Both the position numbers and the translations under genes were made by a program. Positions 1 through 8,372 of a stretch of DNA of 11,900 bases are shown here, piece after piece; position 1 is the stretch's first letter, and every line of letters begins with the position of its first letter. The stretch is from NCBI GenBank assembly GCA_027053075.1, contig JALUEE010000067.1, forward strand, positions 1-11,900, read 5' to 3'. The notes under the pieces were generated by a model. That model was not told the DNA's origin. It did no database searches and was given only the letters and a program-made list of their open reading frames with translations. The stretch is from a candidate division WOR-3 bacterium (lineage in GTDB: Bacteria > Hydrothermota > Hydrothermia > B15-G9 > WFZT01).

Positions 1-2789
1 ACTATTGCATTGTTCACCGCAATTCCGGAAAGGATTAGTGTTCCCATTAAGGACGGCACAGAGATTGTTGTATGTGTCAGGAAGAGCAAGATGATAACCC
101 CGATTATTGCAAGTGGAAGGGTAAACATTATTATGAACGGGTCTTTGAAAGATTCGAACTGAGCTGCCATGACCATGTAAATTAAAAGTACTGCTGCAAT
201 CAACGCGAAAATCATATCCTTGATCATCTCTTTGATCTGCTCAAACTCGCCGCCCATACTCATTGTGATACCCTGCGGCATCGAGAGATTTTTCAATTTT
301 TTCTTTATGTCAAGGCTCACCTGACCAACGCTCCGGCCTTGCACGTCAGCAAGAACCGAAATTAGCCTGCTCTGCTTTTCCCTGTCAATTTTGATGGGAC
401 CAAGAGCGTAATAAACATGTGCTACTTCCCTCAGGGGAATGATGGTGCCTGTTGGTGTTTTTAGAGGGATTGAGAGTAACTTCTCAATGTTATCACGCTC
501 ATTTTCAGGATAAATTACACGAACATCAATTTCTTCCCCCTTTTCACGAAATCTCGTAGCAACTTTACCCAGCATCGCCGCATTGATCTCTTTCTCAACC
601 TGATAGGGTGTGAGACCGTAGGTCATAGCCTTTGTATTGTTTATCTTTATCCTGATCTCTGGCTTTGCCTGGACAAGCGAAAGCTCTGGCCTCGTTACCC
701 CCGGGACACCTTTTATCATGTTTAAAATCCTTCCAGCAATGTCACGCATAGCGTCGAGGTCCTGGCCGTATATCTTGATCTGAATCGGTTTTGCAGAGCC
801 ACCCATGAACATCATTCTCGTGAAATCTACAGCAGTCACCTTGGCACCACGGTACTTCGGTATGTTGTCCAGAAGCAGCTCTACGTTTTTATAAGAGGGC
901 AACTTCCTCTCCTTTAGCGGGACAAAGGACAGGAATATTGAGGCTGTGTTTACACCACTCTCTCCAAAGAACGAAATTGTTTGCTCACTTCCCTCGGTTT
1001 CGCCTACAATAGCTGAAACAAGTTTCACATCTGGCAATTTTCTCGCCTCTTCCTCTATAACTTTGACGTAGTTGTTTGTCTCCTCGAGGTTTGTGCCGGG
1101 CGGTAGTGAAACGTGAATCATTGCGAACTCACGGTTCATCTGGGGCATAAATTCGAGTCCTAATTTTGGAATCAGTGCAAGACTGCCGAAGAAGAGAAGG
1201 GTCATGACAGAAACAGTCAAAACGCGGTGCTTCAGTACCCATGAAAGTGTAGACTTATAGAAATTTTTGAATGGTTCAAACCAGGTGCTGCCAAATGCTT
1301 TACTGTACTCCTCCCTGTGTCTTTCCTTTAAAAATACCCTTGCCAGCATGGGAATAATTGTTATTGCTACAAAAAGTGAAGCAAGGATTGTAGAACTAAC
1401 AGTGACAGCAAGCTGTTTCGTGAGTTTGCCAACAAGCTCTCCGATATAAATCAGAGGCAGGAAGACGATGATATTTGTAAATGTTGATGCGGAGATTGCG
1501 GAAACGACCTCCTCAGTGCCGGTGATAGCCGAATCGAATTTATTCTCCCCCATCTCAAGGTGTCGGAATATGTTTTCGATAACAACCACTGCGTTATCCA
1601 CCAGGAGGCCGACGCCGAGGGCTATACCTCCCATGGTCATCAGGTTGAGCGTATATCTGGCAAAATAAATTACGATGAATGTGATAATGACGGATAGTGG
1701 GATAGCGAGTGAAATGATTAACGTAGGTCTCAGGTTTCTCAGGAAAAAGAGAATCATTAAAGCGGCGAGAAGTGCTCCAACAATTGCGTTGTTAGAAGTC
1801 CTGTTTATCACACGTTTGACAATTTTAGACTGGTCAAAGGCCACTTCAAATTTGATCTCCGGGAAATCCTCTCTTATGCGCTGAATCTCCTTTTTTACAC
1901 GTTCTGCCACGACCACAGTATTTGTCCCCGATTGCTTCATAATATCAATAAAAGCGGTCGGACGCCCGTTTACCCTGAAATATCCTCTTCTCTCTTTGTA
2001 AGTATCGATTACACGCGCTACATCCCTGAGGTAAACCGGAGTGTGTCCCGGAGTTTCTCCCACGATAATATTGTCGATTTCGTCTATATTCTTGAACTCC
2101 CCTACAGCCCTTATGAGATACTCTTTAGAGCCTTCAACAAGATGTCCAGAGGGCATATTGAGGTTGTGACTTCTCAGAATATTCACGACCTGCATCGTGG
2201 AAATCCCGTACTGGGCGAGTTTTTCAGGATCAGTTTCCACCCATATTTCTCTAACCCTGCCACCGTAGGGTATGACTGAGGCAACGCCATCGATCCTCTC
2301 GAGTCGGTTTTTGACCTGCTTGTCAAGTATTTTTCTAACCTGCACGGCGGAAAGTTTGTCGCTAAAGACGTAGTACTCCATTATGGGCATGGAGGACATA
2401 TCAAATTTCATCACCAGTGGCTTTGATGCATCTTCCGGAAGATAGCCCTCTATCAGTCCTAATTTATCCCTCACATCCTGTGCTGCAAAGTCGAGGTTTT
2501 TGTTCCAGCTGAATTCCACTGTGACAAGCGAAACACCTTCAAAGGAAGATGATGTGACCTTTTTAACACCGTTTATGGTTGAAACTGCCTCTTCGATGGG
2601 CTTTGTAATGAGCTCTTCGATGTCTTCGGGAGCCACACCGGGATAGGTAGTAACAATACTAACCGAGGGATAATTGAGCTCGGGGAAAAGATCGAGTCCG
2701 AGTTTGGTGAATGAAACAAACCCGAGCACCACCAGTATGCCAATAAGCATGGTGATGGCTATTGGGCGGCGAACAGAAAATCGAATCAT
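1..2789 (-). CDS. RND efflux permease subunit (AcrB/AcrD/AcrF family), 3' end beyond the window edge
   Basis: Not in the ORF track; segments translated by hand. ATG at 2789 overlaps the MFP stop (ATGA). N-terminus MIRFSVRRPIAITMLIGILVVLGFVSFTKLGLDLFPELNYPSVSIVTTYPGVAPEDIEELITKPIEEAVSTINGV is a typical RND start. TM4 reads LNLMTMGGIALGVGLLVDNAVVVIENIFRH. The window edge reads VPSLMGTLILSGIAVNNAIV (TM10 equivalent) in the same frame, giving about 929 codons visible. Confidence 0.96.
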   Translation of the reverse strand, partial: MIRFSVRRPIAITMLIGILVVLGFVSFTKLGLDLFPELNYPSVSIVTTYPGVAPEDIEELITKPIEEAVSTINGVKKVTSSSFEGVSLVTVEFSWNKNLDFAAQDVRDKLGLIEGYLPEDASKPLVMKFDMSSMPIMEYYVFSDKLSAVQVRKILDKQVKNRLERIDGVASVIPYGGRVREIWVETDPEKLAQYGISTMQVVNILRSHNLNMPSGHLVEGSKEYLIRAVGEFKNIDEIDNIIVGETPGHTPVYLRDVARVIDTYKERRGYFRVNGRPTAFIDIMKQSGTNTVVVAERVKKEIQRIREDFPEIKFEVAFDQSKIVKRVINRTSNNAIVGALLAALMILFFLRNLRPTLIISLAIPLSVIITFIVIYFARYTLNLMTMGGIALGVGLLVDNAVVVIENIFRHLEMGENKFDSAITGTEEVVSAISASTFTNIIVFLPLIYIGELVGKLTKQLAVTVSSTILASLFVAITIIPMLARVFLKERHREEYSKAFGSTWFEPFKNFYKSTLSWVLKHRVLTVSVMTLLFFGSLALIPKLGLEFMPQMNREFAMIHVSLPPGTNLEETNNYVKVIEEEARKLPDVKLVSAIVGETEGSEQTISFFGESGVNTASIFLSFVPLKERKLPSYKNVELLLDNIPKYRGAKVTAVDFTRMMFMGGSAKPIQIKIYGQDLDAMRDIAGRILNMIKGVPGVTRPELSLVQAKPEIRIKINNTKAMTYGLTPYQVEKEINAAMLGKVATRFREKGEEIDVRVIYPENERDNIEKLLSIPLKTPTGTIIPLREVAHVYYALGPIKIDREKQSRLISVLADVQGRSVGQVSLDIKKKLKNLSMPQGITMSMGGEFEQIKEMIKDMIFALIAAVLLIYMVMAAQFESFKDPFIIMFTLPLAIIGVIILLFLTHTTISVPSLMGTLILSGIAVNNAI

Positions 2790-3649
2790 TTTATCTCACC
2801 CCCAATTTCCACGGGTTGACCATCGCTCAAACCAGCAGCACCGAGTGTGATTACAGTGTCTCCTTCCGCAATACCAGATTTGATCTCCACATATTTGCCT
2901 GATTTTATGCCAATTTCTACGTTTTTCTTGTGAGCAATCCCACCGGATACTTTGAAAACCACATACTGATTCCCCTCTTTGACAAGTGCCGAAAGTGGAA
3001 CAATGAGGGTGTTCTTACTCTCCTCCTTGGCAATGAATGCTCCTACAAGCATCCCGGGCTTGAGAATGCGTTGCCACTTTCCGGTTGGTTTTATGTAAAC
3101 TTTGGCCTCTCTGGTTTTCATATCGATTGCTGGAGAAATCTCACTCACAACTCCCTTTAGCGTATCCCCGGCAACCGTTATGAGAGCACTTTTGCCTGTT
3201 TTAATGAATGAGAGATCACTCTGGGGAATATAGACCTCGATCTTGAGACTGTTAGGATCGACAATATACATTAGGGGCACCTGCTGAGCTACCATCTGTC
3301 CGGGCTTAACGTAGACAAATCCCACGATCCCATCAATCGTGGATTTAACCTTAAGTGGTCTGTACTCCAACCCCGGTATATCTCGCTTTATTAAAGCCAC
3401 AACCTGGTCTTTCCTGACATGATCTCCCTCTTTTACCTTTACAGCCATGACCTTCCCTGGAAGATCAGGGTAAATCAGGGCCTCGCGGTCACTTGTTACC
3501 ATTCCGTAGTAGATGTACCTCACCGCTATATCACCCTTTTTCACAATTGAGACCTTAACAAGTGCCTTTGCCTTCTCGATTGTTACTTTATCTTTGGGTG
3601 CCGCAAAAACTGAGCTAAAGATGAAAAAGGCGATAATAAATTTCTTCAT
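2786..3649 (-). CDS. RND efflux periplasmic adaptor (membrane fusion protein), short form
   Basis: Lipoyl half-motifs GKVMAVKVKEGDHVRKDQVVALI and VKSTIDGIVGFVYVKPGQMV, plus GVVSEISPAID, LKPGML and VPLSALV...VEIKSGIAEGDTVIT. Start placed at ATG 3649 (MKKFIIAFF) behind a GAGGAGG SD, rather than 3664. Confidence 0.93.
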   Translation of the reverse strand: MKKFIIAFFIFSSVFAAPKDKVTIEKAKALVKVSIVKKGDIAVRYIYYGMVTSDREALIYPDLPGKVMAVKVKEGDHVRKDQVVALIKRDIPGLEYRPLKVKSTIDGIVGFVYVKPGQMVAQQVPLMYIVDPNSLKIEVYIPQSDLSFIKTGKSALITVAGDTLKGVVSEISPAIDMKTREAKVYIKPTGKWQRILKPGMLVGAFIAKEESKNTLIVPLSALVKEGNQYVVFKVSGGIAHKKNVEIGIKSGKYVEIKSGIAEGDTVITLGAAGLSDGQPVEIGGEIK

Positions 3650-3660
3650 GGCTATCCTCC

Positions 3661-5007
3661 TCATTGAGTTTTTGAAAGACCTCCCCTCACAGCATAGTAA
3701 AGTCTTGTGAGGGCGATCTGATAATTGGCTAAAGTTTTAAGATAATTCAGTCTTGCCTGAGCATATTGGACCTGTGCATTTATGACATCGAGGGATGTGA
3801 CGTATCCCTCCTTGTATTGGGTTTCAGCAAGTTCGTAAGCCCTTTTTGCCAATTCGAGGTTGGCCTTCTGGGCCTTGAGGGTTTTCTCCAGAGTTTTTGC
3901 ATTTGTGTAGTATGAACGAATGGCGAGGGCTATGCCTTCTTCCATGCTCTGGAGTGTGAAGTTGAGGCTTTTGAGCTGATACCGCAATTTTGAAACCGAG
4001 GCCTTGTTAGCACCTCCGTCAAAGATGTTCCACTGAAGACCCAGAGTGAAGGTCCACATGCCGTGCCATTCGTTTTGTGTGCCAAAGGGTTTCTGGTACT
4101 TGTATGCCCAGTTGTAAAAGACAGTGGGTAAATTTTTCCGTTTCTGGATCTCGATAGACTTTTTGAGGATGTCGAGGTTTTTCTTGAAGAGCGTGATGTC
4201 TGAGTGGTAATGCATAGCTTCTTTTATTAAAGAGTCCTGAGAGACCGTTAGAACAGTAAATCTGAGAGTATCAGTAAGAACTATCGGGACACTGTCTGGA
4301 ACACCGAGAAGATTCTTAAAGGCGTCCTCGGCGATTTTTATCTGCCCCTCGGCCTGAAGAATCTGTGGCTCAACATTTTTGAGCTGGACTTCTGCTCGAA
4401 GAAGCTCAAAATCGCTGGCGTAGCCTGCTTCAAATCTCTGCTTTGTCGATTTGTAGTTGTCTTCAAGTTCTTTTTTCACCTGATATAAAAGGTCCAGTGA
4501 ATTCTGGGCAAGGAGTAGCTGGAAGTAGCTTTCCTTAACCTGCTCCTCTATTTTTAGCTTTTCTGATTTGAGCTCGAGTTCCTTCGCCCTGAGATTTTCG
4601 AAGCTCAGTTTGTAGGATTTTCTGAGGATTCCCCATGTGAAAATAGGCTGAGATATGGAGAGTGAGAGTCCGTAATTGTTGTAGTAAGTGGTCTGAAAGT
4701 CGCTGAATTCCGGGACTATCATGTAGGGCATCTGAGGGTTACCTGTGGGTACGAGCTGGAATCCAGAAAGCATTTTTGTTTTCTGAACCTCTCCGAGTCT
4801 CGTATAGGTTGCCTGACCCGTGATAGATGGATAGAATGCGCTTCTCGCTTTCAGGATATCAGCTTTCGCCATCCAGATTTCCTGTTCCTTTGCCCTGAGA
4901 GATAGGTTATTCTGGAGGGCAATTGAAACCGCCTTCTCCAGACTCAAATAAAGAGTATCTCCGGCCGGTTGTTGGAATGCCAGTAAAAATAGCATCAATA
5001 GTTTCAT
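3661..5007 (-). CDS. TolC-family outer membrane efflux protein
   Basis: LSLEKAVSIALQNN, ARSAFYPSI, LSISQPIFTWG, RFEAGYASDFELLRAEVQL, YKEGYVTSLDVINAQ: the two-repeat OEP pattern. ATGA overlap with the tetR stop. Confidence 0.95.
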   Translation of the reverse strand: MKLLMLFLLAFQQPAGDTLYLSLEKAVSIALQNNLSLRAKEQEIWMAKADILKARSAFYPSITGQATYTRLGEVQKTKMLSGFQLVPTGNPQMPYMIVPEFSDFQTTYYNNYGLSLSISQPIFTWGILRKSYKLSFENLRAKELELKSEKLKIEEQVKESYFQLLLAQNSLDLLYQVKKELEDNYKSTKQRFEAGYASDFELLRAEVQLKNVEPQILQAEGQIKIAEDAFKNLLGVPDSVPIVLTDTLRFTVLTVSQDSLIKEAMHYHSDITLFKKNLDILKKSIEIQKRKNLPTVFYNWAYKYQKPFGTQNEWHGMWTFTLGLQWNIFDGGANKASVSKLRYQLKSLNFTLQSMEEGIALAIRSYYTNAKTLEKTLKAQKANLELAKRAYELAETQYKEGYVTSLDVINAQVQYAQARLNYLKTLANYQIALTRLYYAVRGGLSKTQ

Positions 5008-5597
5008 ATTTTTACACCCTCCTTTAGCGCTCCTCTCATAAATATGTCAAAGGCTTTGTCTGGAAGAGTTTTAAGACTTTTCCCATCCTCAATGCCGAAG
5101 AAGATGAATTTTTCCATAATCCCGGCAAGAGCAAGGGAGAGGTCCCAGGGATCAGCCGGTTTGAAATATCCCATGTTGATAGCCTCTTCCATGATTTCTG
5201 AGAGTCGCCTCAGATTCCTCTTGTAGTTCTCGATGTATTTTTTCCGCTTCTGCTGGGACGGTCGTCTCTTGATCTCTATTTCTCCCATCATCAGGGGTCT
5301 AAAGAGAGAGCGGTTCATGTCAAAGTAGTTGAAGTAGGTCTCCACAATGAGCCTGATCTTCTCAATGGGATTGTTTGTGGTCTCGATTTTTTCTTCCACG
5401 ATTCTTGTGAGCTCTTTAAAACCGGATTTGATCACTTCTTTGAAGAGCTGTTCTTTAGAGTCGAAGTAAATATAAACAGTACCTTTGGCGATACCGGCAA
5501 GCTTTGCTATTTCTTCGACAGTGGTTTCGTGGTATCCACGCTCAGAGAATAGCTCCTGAGCAGCTAAAAGGATTTTATCCCTTTTGTTATCGTCCAT
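5004..5597 (-). CDS. TetR/AcrR family transcriptional regulator
   Basis: N-terminal HTH ILLAAQELFSERGYHETTVEEIAKLAGIAKGTVYIYFDSKEQLF; GGAGGTG SD upstream; first gene of the efflux operon. Confidence 0.96.
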   Translation of the reverse strand: MDDNKRDKILLAAQELFSERGYHETTVEEIAKLAGIAKGTVYIYFDSKEQLFKEVIKSGFKELTRIVEEKIETTNNPIEKIRLIVETYFNYFDMNRSLFRPLMMGEIEIKRRPSQQKRKKYIENYKRNLRRLSEIMEEAINMGYFKPADPWDLSLALAGIMEKFIFFGIEDGKSLKTLPDKAFDIFMRGALKEGVKI

Positions 5598-5617
5598 ATC
5601 ACACCTCCAGAATTAAA

Positions 5618-5633
5618 ATGACCAGTCAGTCAT
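5618..5633. promoter_or_regulatory. Putative TetR operator (ATGAC-N6-GTCAT)
   Basis: ATGACCAGTCAGTCAT inverted repeat lies immediately downstream of the -10 and covers the predicted TSS, the usual position for TetR autorepression. Confidence 0.7.
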
Positions 5634-5662
5634 ATTATTAAAACCCTGAAATGGCCTGTCAA
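5634..5662 (-). promoter_or_regulatory. Sigma70-type promoter of the tetR-efflux operon
   Basis: Minus strand TTGACA (5662-5657), 17 bp spacer, AATAAT (5639-5634). Confidence 0.7.
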
Positions 5663-6068
5663 GTGTCTTGTTTGTATCAAGGTGAACGAGTTACAAAAAC
5701 TATGATTTTTACATAATTTTTTGGATGACCGGGGAATTTTTTGAATTTAAGCATTGAGGGATAATGAGAAATTAGAAGGTAAGTGGAGGTGTGGAAGAGT
5801 CGGGCTCCGTGCTTGAAATTTTGAAACCCAGCACAGGGATAGATTCTTGAAAAGGCGTGAGCATTGATTCTATCTGGGGATACTCTCAGGAGGATAGAGT
5901 CAATCTAACTGAGATTAAGGGAAAATTTCGGTCACCAAAACTTAAAGAGGAATTGCCCGTGTGTCTATTTCCCACGTGCTTAGGACGTGGAGAAAAGCCT
6001 GAAAGGTGTACATTAATAACGCGCACTGGAAATTGTGGACCGACGTTGAAGAATGAGGGACAGGTTAT

Positions 6069-6108
6069 AAAAAGAGGTGGGCGCGCCGCGAAGCGGCGCG
6101 CCCACCTC
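6069..6108 (-). terminator. Intrinsic terminator after the TAXI gene (REP-like perfect hairpin)
   Basis: Perfect 16-bp stem GAGGTGGGCGCGCCGC-TTC-GCGGCGCGCCCACCTC (6074-6108) followed by TTTTT on the minus strand, starting about 22 nt after the stop codon. Confidence 0.8.
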
Positions 6109-6130
6109 ACTTCAAAAAATTCACACCTTT

Positions 6131-7084
6131 TTACTTAAGTATTCCTTTCTCCTTGTAGAACTTCTCTGCACCTGGATGAAGAGGAATTGACATACCCTCG
6201 AGGGCTGTCTGGAGTGTAATGGATTTTGCCCTCGCATGTGCCTTGTGGAGAAGGTCAATGTGAGCAAAGAGCACCTTGAGGAATTTGTACACGTCCTCAG
6301 CAGGCAGTCCCTTTCTCGCAACAAGGAGAGCCTTCACAGCCACTGTTGGTACAGGCTGATCAACACCCTTGTAAACGCCGGGTTTGATTGTGTCTCTTGC
6401 ATAGAATGAATACTTCTTGGTCAGCATTTTGAAGTGTGCATCGTCAATGGGGACGATCTTGATTGGGGTGATGATGGAAACGTCCATGATTGCCGCTGCA
6501 CCCTGACCTACTGTGAAGAATGCAGCATCAATTCTTCCATCCTTCAAGAAATCAGCAGCCTCAGAAGCCTTAAGTCTCTCAGGCTTGATATCTTTGAATG
6601 TGAGGCCATAGACACCAAGGATCTGTCTTGCATTTGCCTCTGTTCCACTGCCCAGAGGTCCTACGGCAACCTTCTTGCCCTTCAGGTCTGCAGGTGAGTT
6701 GATTCCTGCATCCTTTCTTGCAACAATGTGAACTGTTTCTTTGTGCAGGGCAAGCACACCCCTCATGTTCTTAGCTGGTTTCTCGTTTTTGAATACCTCT
6801 GTCCCTGTGTAAGCATAGTATGCAATATCGTTCTGCAAAATAGCCATATCAACTTCTTTGTCGCGAATAAGCCTTGCATTCGCGACAGATGCACCTGAGG
6901 ACTCAACTGTGAGTCTGAACTCAGGCTCGTATAGATACATTATTCTGGACATTGCGCCAGCCAGTGGATAGTACACACCTGTCACCCACCCTGCACCGAG
7001 GGTGATGAACTTTTTCTTGGCCTGGACCTGGCCCATGCCCAGCACGCTTGTTAGTATTACTGCAAGTGCTACGACCTTCTTCAT
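6131..7084 (-). CDS. TAXI-family TRAP transporter solute-binding protein
   Basis: Signal peptide; TGVYYPL, VESSGASVANAR, DMAILQND, LKGKKVAVGPLGSGT, DGRIDAAF and C-terminal IPLHPGAEKFYKEKG motifs; AAGGAGG SD. Confidence 0.95.
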   Translation of the reverse strand: MKKVVALAVILTSVLGMGQVQAKKKFITLGAGWVTGVYYPLAGAMSRIMYLYEPEFRLTVESSGASVANARLIRDKEVDMAILQNDIAYYAYTGTEVFKNEKPAKNMRGVLALHKETVHIVARKDAGINSPADLKGKKVAVGPLGSGTEANARQILGVYGLTFKDIKPERLKASEAADFLKDGRIDAAFFTVGQGAAAIMDVSIITPIKIVPIDDAHFKMLTKKYSFYARDTIKPGVYKGVDQPVPTVAVKALLVARKGLPAEDVYKFLKVLFAHIDLLHKAHARAKSITLQTALEGMSIPLHPGAEKFYKEKGILK

Positions 7085-7154
7085 ATTACTCCTCCTTGTT
7101 TTATTTTTTTACCTTTTCTAAAATCGAGCATTCAACGCCAAACTGTCAACCATC

Positions 7155-8369
7155 TTACGGTAAACCGACCCCAAGTTCAACCCCCGCCTTTAGTCCCTTT
7201 GCCCCATTAAAAAGTCCCCTGTAAAAGGCCATGCCAAGATCAATGGAAAAGGATGAAATTCTTACCCCGAGACCGGTGGTGTAGTAGTTTCCTCTATTTG
7301 TTAATGCAATTCCAAATCTCAAGGGTAAAAATCTGACAAATCTAAGTTCTGTGGCAAGCCCCAGCTTGTTTTCATTATAAAATTTGGAAGATCTGTGCAC
7401 AAAATCAGCGAAGGCAAGTATTTTCCCATTATAAAAATGTGTCGAGATACCTGCTCTGAAAGTCCTCGGAAGCTTTGCGTCAAAAGGCTCTATGGGTTCA
7501 GCCCAACTGGAATCAGTGATAACGGTGTCCGGGTTGTTTATAAGGTCAGCAACTGTAAAGGAGTCAGATTCTATGAGAAAATAGACGGCCGAATCTGCGA
7601 CAGACCAGTGAATTTTTGAATAAAGATTCTGGATGCTGAGACCAAAATACCAGTTGTGCGCCTCAAAGCCAATGCCTATATCGAGGGCCATGCCGGTACC
7701 ACCCATTGAAGTAATAAGACGTCCATTTCCGTCCACGTGAATGTAATTGCTATCTATGCTCAGGGTCATATCCGAGTGGTCTACGTTTGCATAAACTATT
7801 CCCCTTAGTGCTTTGAAACCAATACCGAAGAAAAATTTTCTTAATGGGTCAAGTTGCATGGTATTAAAGCCGTGAGAGAAAGCGAGGTCAAGGGAGGCAT
7901 AGGCAGAGCCATAGTTGGTCAGATTGGTAAAATGGAATGTATCTCCTATCCCTGCACCGTTTAGGGCTATTTCAAAAATCTCTCTGTAGAGGTTTAAATC
8001 AGCCTCTCCAAGTCCCTCAAGTGCAATGCTGAAGCCGGATGTTTTGAATCCAAGCAAAGAGATTTCTGTTCTGTCTATGATATTAAGAGGTTTATTGCCG
8101 ATCCGGTAAAGCAGGTGCCTTTTATCGTATTCGTTGAGCACCTTGTTTTTCTGGAAATATTCGTTTATATCGGTGATACTAAACGCGCTGTTACCCACCA
8201 GTTCGCCAGCAAAGAGAATGGAGAGCGATGTTCCGTGCCCCTGAGAAAGCATAGCGGGATTGTAATATCCAGTTTGTGGCCCGGCAGATGAACCTGTAAG
8301 GGAACCTGCGAGACCTATTCCTCTCGCGTTAAATGCCCAGAAACTTAAAAGTATTAAAATAACCTGCAT
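7155..8369 (-). CDS. Outer membrane beta-barrel protein (FadL/PorV/TraF-like clan, probably DUF5723-like)
   Basis: Short hydrophobic N-terminus, hatch-like ARGIGLAG...YYNPAML segment, amphipathic strands (GMALDIGIGF, FGLSIQNL, LPRTFRAGIS, LPLRFG, TTGLGVR, FSIDLG). The family assignment is by recognition, not by search. Confidence 0.75.
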   Translation of the reverse strand: MQVILILLSFWAFNARGIGLAGSLTGSSAGPQTGYYNPAMLSQGHGTSLSILFAGELVGNSAFSITDINEYFQKNKVLNEYDKRHLLYRIGNKPLNIIDRTEISLLGFKTSGFSIALEGLGEADLNLYREIFEIALNGAGIGDTFHFTNLTNYGSAYASLDLAFSHGFNTMQLDPLRKFFFGIGFKALRGIVYANVDHSDMTLSIDSNYIHVDGNGRLITSMGGTGMALDIGIGFEAHNWYFGLSIQNLYSKIHWSVADSAVYFLIESDSFTVADLINNPDTVITDSSWAEPIEPFDAKLPRTFRAGISTHFYNGKILAFADFVHRSSKFYNENKLGLATELRFVRFLPLRFGIALTNRGNYYTTGLGVRISSFSIDLGMAFYRGLFNGAKGLKAGVELGVGLP

Positions 8370-8372
8370 ATC

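Noticed and set aside
1267..2279. Plus-strand ORFs 1267-1449, 1468-1668, 1675-1884 and 1932-2279
   Set aside because: Antisense shadows of the RND permease; no recognisable motifs.
5857..6138. 93-aa plus ORF and 74-aa minus ORF as intact genes
   Set aside because: Both run through the GC hairpin, lack an SD and match no family; treated only as a possible relic.
7100..7149. TTGACA upstream of the TAXI gene (7149-7144, minus strand)
   Set aside because: No acceptable -10 at 16-18 bp spacing (CGATTT at 17), so the promoter is not supportable.
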